A model generated the notes under the pieces. The model was not told where the DNA came from. It saw only the letters and a list, made by a program, of their open reading frames with translations, and did no database searches. Of a stretch of DNA of 64,000 bases, positions 45,502 through 54,589 are shown in pieces. The number at the start of each line of letters is the position of its first letter. Position 1 is the first letter of the stretch. Source of the DNA: an uncultured delta proteobacterium (GTDB lineage Bacteria > Myxococcota_A > Polyangia > Polyangiales > Polyangiaceae). The position numbers and the translations under genes were made by a program. Location: assembly GCA_963841435.1 (NCBI GenBank), contig CAWJCS010000005.1, forward strand, positions 1,376,001 through 1,440,000. Direction: 5' to 3'.

Positions 45502-46086
45502 TCACGCGCTCTCGGCGCGTGCTTTCATGTATTGCGTGAGGACGTGGATGAGACTCTGGTGGGCGTCCTCCACGATTCCGTAGTTCTCGACGGGGATCCA
45601 CACGACGTGGCGCGCGAGCTCGGCGAGCTTCCCACCCTTGAATCCGACGAAAGCGATGGTCGGCACACCCCGCTCGTTCGCGTAGCGGCACGCCTCGAGG
45701 ACATTGGGCGAGTTGCCGCTCGAGCTCACGAGGAGCACGGCGTCGTTCGGGCCGAGGTAGTACTTGAGCTGCTCGGAGAACACGCGCTCGTAGGCGATGT
45801 CGTTGGCGAGCGCCGTGATCATCGGGCCGTTCGCGGCGAGCGACACGGAGCGGACGGGCGGCTTGCCGTGAACGTGCGTCCCCTTGGACACGTCGCACAC
45901 GGTGTGGTCGGCGATCGCCGCGCTGCCGCCGTTTCCGGCCACCCAAAGGGTTCCGCCCGCGGCCGTCACGCCGTCGAGGACACCGAGCACTCCCGGGAGC
46001 GGCCCCTTGTCGAAATCGAGGAGCGCTGCGGCGAACCTCTCGTAGTACGCCTTGACGAATCCGGGGAAGTCACCAGGTGATGCCAT
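45502..46086 (-). CDS. gmhA: SIS-domain phosphoheptose isomerase
   Basis: GNGGSAA, ITALAND..Y..VF, SSSGNSPNV, GFKGG, VEDAH. Confidence 0.85.
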   Translation of the reverse strand: MASPGDFPGFVKAYYERFAAALLDFDKGPLPGVLGVLDGVTAAGGTLWVAGNGGSAAIADHTVCDVSKGTHVHGKPPVRSVSLAANGPMITALANDIAYERVFSEQLKYYLGPNDAVLLVSSSGNSPNVLEACRYANERGVPTIAFVGFKGGKLAELARHVVWIPVENYGIVEDAHQSLIHVLTQYMKARAESA

Positions 46087-46285
46087 GGGCTCGGTTCGCG
46101 GCCAGCCGGGGACGCGAACACGGAGCTTGTCTCGGGGAGGCGGCCCGTCAAGCAATCGGAGCGTCCGGCACGCAGGCGTCCTCGGCATGGCGCTCGCTAC
46201 GGCGTCTTGCCCGGGGCGCCCGGATGCGCTTAGGTCGCTTGCCGCGCCGAGGCGCGCGCTTATACTGCGCGGCCGCGCACGATCG

Positions 46286-47509
46286 ATGGCGATGATTCAC
46301 TACGTGACGACGAATGGGGTGGGCAACGCCTGGGTGGCGCAGGAGCTCCGCGGCCTCGAGCGCGACGGCATTCCGTTCGTGCTGCACTCGCTGCGTAGTC
46401 CCGGGGTGAGCTTCTTCGGCGCGGAGGACGTCGGCAAGATCGACCGCGAGACACGCCTGCTCTATCCGATGCCCGTGGTGGGCGGTCTGCTGTCGGGGCT
46501 CACCGCGCCTTTCCGCTATCGGTCGCGCTTCGTCGGCGCGTTGTGGAACGCCCTGACGAGCGAGCGTGAATCGGCGCGCGTGCGCGCCGCCGGGATCTGG
46601 CATTTGTTCGTGGCCTGCCACCTCGCCGATACGCTGCGGAAAGAGAGCGTGACGCAAATTCATTCGCAGTGGATCCACTCCGGCGGCACGGTCGCGATGT
46701 ACGGAGCCTGGCTGCTCGGTGTGCCGTTCAGCTTCACCGGCCACGCCGCGGACCTGTTCCGCGAACGCGCCGCCCTGCGTGACAAGATCCGACGCGCTGA
46801 CTTCATCGTGTGCATCTCGAGCTTTCACCGAGCTTTCTTTCTGGAAAACGGCGCGCGCCCCGAGCAGCTCGTCACCGTCCACTGCGGTATCGACACGTCG
46901 CTCTTTTCTCCGGGCACGCGGCAGCGAGCAGCGGGCGAACGTTTTCGCATCAGCTCGGCCGGCCGCCTCGTCGACAAGAAGGGCTTCGACGTGCTGATCC
47001 GCGCCTGCGCGCTCCTTCGCGAGCGCGGACGCGATTTCGAGTGCGTGATCGGGGGCAGCGGCCCGCTCGAGGCGGCGCTGCGGCGCCAGATTGCGGAGGC
47101 CAATCTGCAAGGTCACGTCACGCTGACGGGCGAGGCCTTGAAGCAGGAGGACATCCCCGAGTTCATGCACGCGGGTGACGTCTATTGCTTGCCCTGCGTG
47201 TGGGCCGCGGACAACGACGTCGACGGCCTGCCGCAGATGTTGATGGAAGCGATGGCGTGCGGCGTGCCCGCCATCTCCACGCGTCTGGTCGGCATTCCGG
47301 ACCTGGTCGAGGACGAAAAGACGGGACTGCTCGTCGAGCCGAACCAGGTCGAGCCGCTCGCCGACGCGCTCGAGCGCCTGATGGATGATCCCGTGCTTTC
47401 ACGGCGCCTGGCCGAGGCAGGTCGCCTCCAGGTGCTCGAGAAGTTCAACATCGAAACTTGCCTGACACCGCTCCTCGAGCGGTACCGGGCCCAGCTGGAG
47501 GCCCCGTGA
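46286..47509 (+). CDS. Glycosyltransferase family 4 (WcaL-like)
   Basis: SFTGHAADLF, GRLVDKKG, DGLPQMLMEAMACG. Confidence 0.9.
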   Translation: MAMIHYVTTNGVGNAWVAQELRGLERDGIPFVLHSLRSPGVSFFGAEDVGKIDRETRLLYPMPVVGGLLSGLTAPFRYRSRFVGALWNALTSERESARVRAAGIWHLFVACHLADTLRKESVTQIHSQWIHSGGTVAMYGAWLLGVPFSFTGHAADLFRERAALRDKIRRADFIVCISSFHRAFFLENGARPEQLVTVHCGIDTSLFSPGTRQRAAGERFRISSAGRLVDKKGFDVLIRACALLRERGRDFECVIGGSGPLEAALRRQIAEANLQGHVTLTGEALKQEDIPEFMHAGDVYCLPCVWAADNDVDGLPQMLMEAMACGVPAISTRLVGIPDLVEDEKTGLLVEPNQVEPLADALERLMDDPVLSRRLAEAGRLQVLEKFNIETCLTPLLERYRAQLEAP

Positions 47510-48492
47510 TCATCACCCAGACCCCGTACCGCGTCAGCTTCGCGGGCGGAGGGACCGACCTTCCCGCGTTCTACGAGCGCGAAGCAGGCGCTGTTCTGTC
47601 CGTGGCGGTCAACCACCACATGTACGTGACCGTCAGCCCTCGATTCGAGCGCACGACGCGCGTCGCCTACACGCGTGTCGAAATCAGCGAGACGCTCGAC
47701 GAGATCGAGCACACGCTGGTGCGTGAGGCGCTGCGCATGACCGAGCTCGGCCCCTACACCGAGATCACGACGGTCGGCGACGTGCCGGCCGGCACCGGCA
47801 TGGGCTCGAGCAGCAGCCTCACCGTCGGGCTATTGAACGCGCTCTACGCCTACAAGGGTCAGGTCACGAGCGCGCGCAAGCTCGCCGAGGAAGCCTGCCG
47901 GATCGAGATCGACATCCTGAAGAAGCCGATCGGGCGCCAGGATCAATACGCGGCTGCCTTCGGCGGCGTGAACTACATCCGCTTCAACTCGAACCACAGC
48001 GTCAACGTGGAGCCGGTACCTTGCCGCCCGGTGAACCTGCGCGGGCTCGAAGATCGGGTTTTACTGCTCTACACGGGCAAGCGCCGCGACGCCGACACCA
48101 TCCTCAAGGCGCAGAGCGAAGGCACGGCCTCGCGCTTTTCCACGCTCTCTCAGATGCGCGACCTCGCCGCCGCGATGCGCGACGCATTGACCGGGGAGGG
48201 GAACCTGGACGAATTCGCCCGGCTCCTGCACGAGGGCTGGGAGCTCAAGCGCTCGCTCGGCTTCGGCATCACGATGCAGGAGGTCGACGAGTGGTATCAG
48301 GCCGCGCGCCACGCCGGTGCGCAGGGCGGCAAACTGCTCGGCGCGGGCGGCGGCGGCTTCCTGCTCGTGATGGCTCCACCGGAATGCCACGAGCAGATCC
48401 GCGCGGCGCTCGGGCGACCGCGCGAGCTGCCCTTCGAAATCGATCGACGGGGGAGCCGAGTCATCTTCATCAGTGATCGCTACGCGTTTTAG
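47506..48492 (+). CDS. hddA: D-glycero-alpha-D-manno-heptose-7-phosphate kinase (GHMP family)
   Basis: TPYRVSFAGGGTD, PAGTGMGSSS, GRQDQYAAAFGG, GGKLLGAGGGGF. Confidence 0.88.
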   Translation: MIITQTPYRVSFAGGGTDLPAFYEREAGAVLSVAVNHHMYVTVSPRFERTTRVAYTRVEISETLDEIEHTLVREALRMTELGPYTEITTVGDVPAGTGMGSSSSLTVGLLNALYAYKGQVTSARKLAEEACRIEIDILKKPIGRQDQYAAAFGGVNYIRFNSNHSVNVEPVPCRPVNLRGLEDRVLLLYTGKRRDADTILKAQSEGTASRFSTLSQMRDLAAAMRDALTGEGNLDEFARLLHEGWELKRSLGFGITMQEVDEWYQAARHAGAQGGKLLGAGGGGFLLVMAPPECHEQIRAALGRPRELPFEIDRRGSRVIFISDRYAF

Positions 48493-48520
48493 CGCAGCGT
48501 CGGAGCAAGCGCTTACCTCC

Positions 48521-49642
48521 ATGAACGTTCTCATCACCGGGGGCGCGGGCTTCATCGGCTCCCACACGGCAGACGCACTCCTTTCCCAGGGCCACGCCGT
48601 ACGCGTGCTCGACAGCCTCGAAGAACCAGTTCACCCGGGTCGTCGCATCCCGGGCTACCTCGACCCGCGCATCGAATTCGTGAAGGGCGACGTCCGCGAC
48701 GAGACGACCTTGCTCGGTTGCCTGCGTGGCTCGGACGCCGTCTTTCATCTGGCCGCGTTCCAGGACTATCTCCCGACGTTCAGTCGCTTCTTCGACGTGA
48801 ACGTCACCTCGACGGCGCTCATCTACGAGCTCGCCGTGCGCGAACGACTGCCCCTGAAGAAGGTGATCGTCGCGAGCAGCCAGGCCACGCTGGGCGAAGG
48901 CCGCTACCTCGACGCGGCGGGGCGTGAGGTCCTGCCCGGCCTGCGCCCGGACGCTCAGCTCGCGCGCGGCATCTGGGAGATCCAGCCCGGCCCCGGCGAA
49001 AAGGGGCCCCTTGCGTACCAGCCCACCGACGAGAGCATCGCGAATCCGCAGAACACCTACGGCATGTCGAAGATTGCCGAGGAGCGCGTGGCGCTGAACC
49101 TGGGCAGACAGTACGGCATTCCGAGCGTGGCGATGCGCTACTCGATCGTCCAGGGCCCGCGGCAAAGCTTCTTCAATGCGTACAGCGGCGCCTGTCGCGT
49201 GTTCTGTCTGAGCTTTTATCTCGCCCGCGACCCCGTCATCTACGAGGATGGACGGCAGGTGCGTGACTTCGTCAACATCATGGACGTCGTCGACGCCAAC
49301 GTGCTCGTGCTCTCCGATTCGCGCGCCGACAACCAAATGTTCAACGTGGGCGGTGACCAGGCCATCACCGTTGCCGAGTTCGCGAAGGCGGCCGCCGAGG
49401 TCTTCGGGCGCGAAGGCTACGAGCCCAAGCCGAGCGGCCAGTATCGGTACGCCGACACGCGCCACATCGTCAGCGACGTGAGAAAGCTCAAGGCACTGGG
49501 CTGGCAGCCACGGCGCGGTATCCGCGACAGCCTGCTCGCGTACAAGGCGTGGCTGGAAAGCGAGGGCGCCGCCGCCGACATCCTGGACTACTCGAACCGG
49601 ATGATGAAAAGCTTGGGTGTGGTTCGTGACGTGACCGGATAG
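48521..49642 (+). CDS. NAD-dependent nucleotide-sugar epimerase/dehydratase
   Basis: TGGAGFIGS, YGMSK, EDGRQVRDFV. Confidence 0.9.
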   Translation: MNVLITGGAGFIGSHTADALLSQGHAVRVLDSLEEPVHPGRRIPGYLDPRIEFVKGDVRDETTLLGCLRGSDAVFHLAAFQDYLPTFSRFFDVNVTSTALIYELAVRERLPLKKVIVASSQATLGEGRYLDAAGREVLPGLRPDAQLARGIWEIQPGPGEKGPLAYQPTDESIANPQNTYGMSKIAEERVALNLGRQYGIPSVAMRYSIVQGPRQSFFNAYSGACRVFCLSFYLARDPVIYEDGRQVRDFVNIMDVVDANVLVLSDSRADNQMFNVGGDQAITVAEFAKAAAEVFGREGYEPKPSGQYRYADTRHIVSDVRKLKALGWQPRRGIRDSLLAYKAWLESEGAAADILDYSNRMMKSLGVVRDVTG

Positions 49643-49648
49643 CGCGCG

Positions 49649-50374
49649 ATGACGGCTCGCTCGAAGGCGCTCCTGCTCGCCGGTGGGCTCGGTACCCGGT
49701 TGCGGCCCATCACGCTCACGCTGCCGAAGTGCCTAGTGCCCGTCGCGGGCCGCCCGATGGTCGACTATTGGTTCGATCGGCTCGAGCTCGCCGGCGTGAG
49801 GGATGTCCTCATCAACACCCACCACCACGCGCCGCTGGTGCGCGCTCATCTCGCCGAGGTGATGAAGACTCGCCCCCTCCGGCTCTCGGAAACCTACGAG
49901 CCGGAGCTGCTCGGTTCGGCAGGCACCGTGCACAACAACCGCGCCTTCGCCGACGACGCCGACGAGGTCCTGATCATCTATGCCGACAATCTATCGAACG
50001 TCGATCTGGCACGGGTGCTGGCCTTCCACCGCTCGCACGCCGATCCGATGACGATGATGCTGTTCCACACGCCCTACCCCGAGCAGTGCGGCATCGCCGC
50101 GCTCGACGCGAGCGGCCGCATCGTCGAGTTCGTCGAGAAACCCAAAGAACCGAAAAGCGACCTCGCGAACTCGGGGCTGTACGTCGTCAACGCCGATGCC
50201 TACCGCGAAATCGCCGACCGGAACGTCTTCGACTTCGGCTTCGACATCCTGCCGAGCTTCGTGGGGCGGATGAGCGGCTTCGTGTTCGAGGGCTACCATC
50301 GTGACATCGGCAATCTCGAAGCGCTCGAGCAAGCGAACCGCGACGCGGTGCGCATTTTCGGGAGCACGATGTGA
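49649..50374 (+). CDS. Sugar-1-phosphate nucleotidyltransferase (HddC-like by context)
   Basis: LAGGLGTRLRP....PKCL, GSAG, FVEKP, DIG. Confidence 0.88.
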   Translation: MTARSKALLLAGGLGTRLRPITLTLPKCLVPVAGRPMVDYWFDRLELAGVRDVLINTHHHAPLVRAHLAEVMKTRPLRLSETYEPELLGSAGTVHNNRAFADDADEVLIIYADNLSNVDLARVLAFHRSHADPMTMMLFHTPYPEQCGIAALDASGRIVEFVEKPKEPKSDLANSGLYVVNADAYREIADRNVFDFGFDILPSFVGRMSGFVFEGYHRDIGNLEALEQANRDAVRIFGSTM

Positions 50375-50955
50375 AGCGGGCGGTGTTTTTGGATCGCGAC
50401 GGCACGCTGATCGAGCTCGTTCACCACCTGGCCGATCCGAAGGCCGTGCGCCTCTTGCCCGGGGCCGGGGCCGCGGTCCGGGCATTGCGCGAGCAGGGCT
50501 ACGCCTGCGTGCTGGTCACGAACCAGTCGGCGATTGGGCGCGGGCTCTTGAGCGTCGAGGGGCTCGGCGAGGTCCACGCCGAGCTCATGCGGCAGCTCGC
50601 GTTCGAAGGCACGACGCTCGACGGCTTCTATTTCTGCCCTCTGGTGCCGAAACAGAGGGACCCGACCGTCATCGAGCATCCCGACCGGAAGCCGGGTCCT
50701 GGGATGCTGCTCCGAGCGGCGAAAGAACTCAGTCTCAACGTCGCCGAGTCCTGGATGGTAGGGGATACGATGAGCGACCTCATGGCAGGTCGCAATGCCG
50801 GCTGTCACAGCACGATCCTGGTACGCACTGGCTACGGCCGCGACCTCGCGGAGCCCGGGCCCGCGGCGGACCACGTCGTCGAGGACGTTCGCGAGGCAGG
50901 TCGGTTGATCCTGAATCACGTGGGGAACGAGCGAGAGGAAGCGAGGAAAACATGA
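50371..50955 (+). CDS. gmhB: Heptose-1,7-bisphosphate phosphatase (HAD family)
   Basis: FLDRDGTL, VTNQS.IGRG, RKPGPGML, SWMVGD..SD. Confidence 0.9.
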   Translation: MKRAVFLDRDGTLIELVHHLADPKAVRLLPGAGAAVRALREQGYACVLVTNQSAIGRGLLSVEGLGEVHAELMRQLAFEGTTLDGFYFCPLVPKQRDPTVIEHPDRKPGPGMLLRAAKELSLNVAESWMVGDTMSDLMAGRNAGCHSTILVRTGYGRDLAEPGPAADHVVEDVREAGRLILNHVGNEREEARKT

Positions 50956-51938
50956 GGATCCTGGTGACTGGCGGGGCCGGCTACGTGGGCGGTGCGTGCC
51001 TCAGGTACATCGGGCGGCAAGGTCACGAGGTGCTCGCCTACGACAATCTCTGTGAAGGCCACCCGACGGCGGTCGCCAACCACGAGCTCGTCGTGGGCGA
51101 CATCGCCGACACGCCGAAGCTGACCGCCGTGTTGCGCGAGTTCCGTGCCGACGCGGTGATGCACTTCGCGGCCGCCACCTGCGTCGGCGAGTCGGTGGAG
51201 GACCCGGAGTATCACTATCGCAACAACATCGGCGGCACGCTCAGCCTGCTCAATGCGATGCGCGAGGCCGGTGTGAAGCGCATGCTATTTTCCAGCACCT
51301 GCGCGACGTACGGCATGTCGCAGAAGGTGCCGATGGGGGAAGACACGCCGCTCGATCCGTTCAGCCCCTACGCTCGGACCAAGCTCGCCGTAGAGTGGAT
51401 GATCCGCGACTTTTCGCACGCCTATGGGCTCGGCTTCACGCTGCTCCGCTACTTCAACGCGGCGGGCGCCGAGCCCGACGGCAGCTACGGCGAATGCCAC
51501 ACGCCCGAGACCCACCTCATCCCGCTCGTGCTCGCGGTGGCGCTCGGGCAGCGCCAAAGTCTCAAGGTGTTCGGGACCGACTACCCGACGCCCGACGGCA
51601 CGTGCCTCAGAGACTACATCCACGTTCACGATCTGGCGTCCGCGCACCTGCTTGCCATCGAGAAGACGGCGCTCGACACCAGGCAGGTGTTCAACGTCGG
51701 TACGGGCAACGGCAACTCCGTGCTCGAGATCGTGGCCGCTTGCGAGCGCGTCACCAAGAAGGCCGTCCCGCTCGAACACGTCGCTCGCCGACCGGGTGAT
51801 CCGCCGGCGCTCGTTGCCGATCCATCGAAGCTGATGCGGGAGCTCGGCTGGAAACCGACTTACACCTCGATCGAGAAGATCGTGGAGACGGCCTGGAGCT
51901 TCCACCAGCGCCACCCGAACGGCTACGCGGAGCGCTGA
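50952..51938 (+). CDS. galE: UDP-glucose 4-epimerase
   Basis: TGGAGYVG, HFAA...VGES, FSSTCATYG, LRYFNAAGA, ETHLIP, TPDGTCLRDYIH, RRPGDP. Confidence 0.93.
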   Translation: MRILVTGGAGYVGGACLRYIGRQGHEVLAYDNLCEGHPTAVANHELVVGDIADTPKLTAVLREFRADAVMHFAAATCVGESVEDPEYHYRNNIGGTLSLLNAMREAGVKRMLFSSTCATYGMSQKVPMGEDTPLDPFSPYARTKLAVEWMIRDFSHAYGLGFTLLRYFNAAGAEPDGSYGECHTPETHLIPLVLAVALGQRQSLKVFGTDYPTPDGTCLRDYIHVHDLASAHLLAIEKTALDTRQVFNVGTGNGNSVLEIVAACERVTKKAVPLEHVARRPGDPPALVADPSKLMRELGWKPTYTSIEKIVETAWSFHQRHPNGYAER

Positions 51939-51939
51939 T

Positions 51940-52764
51940 TCAGCCGCCGCCGTTCGAGCTGCGCCCGCGCCACTCGCGCAAGACGAGCCGAGGGAAGTGC
52001 AGCGCGTCGGCGGCGTAACGCGGTCCGAGACGCTTGGGCTCGGTGAGCACGCGGTGCACCCACTCGACGCCGGCGCGGCGCATCCAGAGCGGAGCGCGCG
52101 CCTTGTTGCCCGCGAGAAAATCGATGGTCGCTCCAGCACACAGAACCACGGGCACGCCGAGAACCTCGCGGAAGCGATGCACCCACAGCTCCTGCTTGGG
52201 CGCCCCCAAACCGACGACCAAAAGGTCTGGTGCGGCCTCGGCGATCTGCCCGAGGATGCGGTCATTGAGGGCGGTGTCGCGCTCGAACCCGAGCGGAGGG
52301 CTCAGCGTCCCGACCACGCGCACGCCGGGGAAACGCTCTTCCGCGACTCTGGCGGCCTGCTCGGCGACGCCGGGGGCGGCGCCCAGGAGGAAGACGCTGA
52401 GACCTTCGGCGAGCCGCTGGGCCGAGCCGAGCAGCGCCGGAATGAGGTCGCTGCCGGCGACGCGCGCAGGCACGCCGACACCGAGCAGCCACGACGACCA
52501 CACGAGCGGCGCGCCGTCGACGAGCACCATCGAGGCATGCTCGTAGGCGGAGCGAAACTCGGAGCTACGCTGAAAGAGCAGCGCGTGCTGGACGTTCGGC
52601 GTGACGACATAGTGCAGCGTGCCGTCGGGCGTCTTGATCCAGCGCAGAATGCGGTCGACGGCCTCGTGCTCGCGGACCGCGTCCACCTCCATCCCGAATA
52701 GGCGAACGCGTTGCATCAGTGGCCAGTCGGCAGCAAAGGGGGGCGGCAGGTAGGGCTGGGACAT
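51940..52764 (-). CDS. WecG/TagA/CpsF family glycosyltransferase (GT26)
   Basis: VTPN, DG, RVAGSDL, VGLGAPKQE, RAPLWM...G.EW..R...EPKRL..RY. Confidence 0.92.
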   Translation of the reverse strand: MSQPYLPPPFAADWPLMQRVRLFGMEVDAVREHEAVDRILRWIKTPDGTLHYVVTPNVQHALLFQRSSEFRSAYEHASMVLVDGAPLVWSSWLLGVGVPARVAGSDLIPALLGSAQRLAEGLSVFLLGAAPGVAEQAARVAEERFPGVRVVGTLSPPLGFERDTALNDRILGQIAEAAPDLLVVGLGAPKQELWVHRFREVLGVPVVLCAGATIDFLAGNKARAPLWMRRAGVEWVHRVLTEPKRLGPRYAADALHFPRLVLREWRGRSSNGGG

Positions 52765-52945
52765 GTTTCTCCCAAGGTAAGCTTGTCACTTAACCGTCCC
52801 GAAAGGCCTCTGTCAAACGGATGCGACATGCAACGCGCGGCCCCACGCTCACGCGACCCCGTACGCCAAATGATCCTGACCGAGTCTATCAAGACGGTCG
52901 GGTCCAGCGACTTTTGCAAGCAACCTTTGGATTGTAGAACGATTG

Positions 52946-54589
52946 TCAGCTATTGGCGACGGAGAGCACCACGCCGAGGCGCTCCCCGGAAAAGGGCGCC
53001 AACGTTCGCGCCGACTCAGGCACGTTTTGTGGGTACGCGGCCACGACGCCATCCACCACGTCGCTCACGGCTCGGCACGCGACGTCTTCGGACAACGGGG
53101 GAGCGTTGACGATGATCACGTCGTAGTAAGGGCGCAGGGCAGCAACGCAATCTTCGAAGTGTGTCGAGAGGATCAGCTCGGGCGCCGTACGCGCCGACGG
53201 CAAGACGTGCAATGCCGGCGAGCACTTGAGAACGTACCAGTGCCCGTCGGCCGAACCGTCCACGCGGGCGGATAGCTGGGTTGCGAAGTCCGTTGCGGGC
53301 AGCACCACCAAGCCCAGCGCCGTCCCGAGACTGGGCTTGGCGAGATCCGCCTCGACGAGGAGCACTCTCGATGAATCGTCCTCGGCGAACGCGGCCGCGA
53401 GGCCCGCGCTGATTTCAGCCTTGGCCGCCGCGACAGCCGGCGTTGCCGTGACCCCGACCACGAAGCAATCCCCTTGAGCTAGGGCGCGCAGCTGCTCGCG
53501 GAGGGCATAGTACCGCTGCCGCCCGGGCACCGCCTCGGGACGCCAGGGCGTCGGGTAGGCCATCACGGGCGATTCGCCGGGAGGCGGCCCGCTCCCCGGT
53601 GCCCCGCTCGAGGGTCGAGCTTCGGCGCGTGGCGGCGGCGGCCCCGAGTCGAGCTCCGGGGAAGGCGGCACGGCGGGCTCGCCACCGGCCAGTCCGTCCA
53701 CGCTCAGCACCTGCGGCGCCTCCGCGACAGAAGACGGCGACAACGAGGGACTCGGCGGGGGCCGCGAGACCGCCGTGCCGGCACGTCGTGGCTCGAGCGA
53801 CGCTCGCCTGCGCGAAGCCGAGCGCTCGGCCCGCGGCGAACCCGCTGGCAAGAGCGCCACGATGAGCGAAAGCGCCAGCCCGATGCCGTAGAGCAGGGAG
53901 CGCTGCGGCTCGGACGGCGGCTGCTGCAGGCGGGCCTCGATGACCGGAGGCGTCGTCGGCTTGGTCGCGGATGGGGCCGCGGACGGCGGCGGCAACGCTT
54001 CGATGAGCTTCTGCAACTCGGGGAGCCCCGTCGTCGTCACCCCCTGGCGCGCGCGAGCCACCGATGCGAGGGAGCTGTCGATCTCGGCCAGCCGCCGCTT
54101 GAGCACGAGCGCCCGCGAGGGACGTGCCCGCTCGGAGTCGGCGAACGGATTGTCCGAGCCGGACGCGTCGCCACCACCTGGCCTCAGCCCATCGAGCTCG
54201 GCCTGGACGCGTTGGCGTTCCTGCTCGAGCACGACGCGATCGGTCGACGCGCTCTTCTGCGCGGGCTCGGCGGAGCGCGCGAGGTCCGGATGGCTCACGA
54301 GGTAGCTCACGAGCTGATCCTCGGCCTCCGCGGCGGGCGCGGGCTCGGCAGCCCGCGGGGCCGCGAGCGCCTCTGCACGCACGAAAGTGCGCTGGGCCGC
54401 GGCTCTGCACAGCTCCTCGGCGCGCGCCGCCGTGCGGTCCCGTCCGACGATGGGCACGCCATCGCCGCCCACGAGTGGAACGACCGCGCGCGCTGCGAAG
54501 ATTTGCGGCGACGTTTGGGCGAACGCGGCGAAAGCGCCGAAGGCGACCACCGCCCTGAGCACCCGCACGGCGACCCCCGCAGCCGTCAC
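52946..54589 (-). CDS. Wzc-like membrane protein with a degenerate BY-kinase-like C-terminal domain
   Basis: Two hydrophobic segments flank a coiled region, then a Pro/Ser linker, then FVVGVTATPAVAAAKAE, VLLVEADL..P, LHVLP, YDVIIV(N)APP. Confidence 0.75.
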   Translation of the reverse strand: MTAAGVAVRVLRAVVAFGAFAAFAQTSPQIFAARAVVPLVGGDGVPIVGRDRTAARAEELCRAAAQRTFVRAEALAAPRAAEPAPAAEAEDQLVSYLVSHPDLARSAEPAQKSASTDRVVLEQERQRVQAELDGLRPGGGDASGSDNPFADSERARPSRALVLKRRLAEIDSSLASVARARQGVTTTGLPELQKLIEALPPPSAAPSATKPTTPPVIEARLQQPPSEPQRSLLYGIGLALSLIVALLPAGSPRAERSASRRRASLEPRRAGTAVSRPPPSPSLSPSSVAEAPQVLSVDGLAGGEPAVPPSPELDSGPPPPRAEARPSSGAPGSGPPPGESPVMAYPTPWRPEAVPGRQRYYALREQLRALAQGDCFVVGVTATPAVAAAKAEISAGLAAAFAEDDSSRVLLVEADLAKPSLGTALGLVVLPATDFATQLSARVDGSADGHWYVLKCSPALHVLPSARTAPELILSTHFEDCVAALRPYYDVIIVNAPPLSEDVACRAVSDVVDGVVAAYPQNVPESARTLAPFSGERLGVVLSVANS

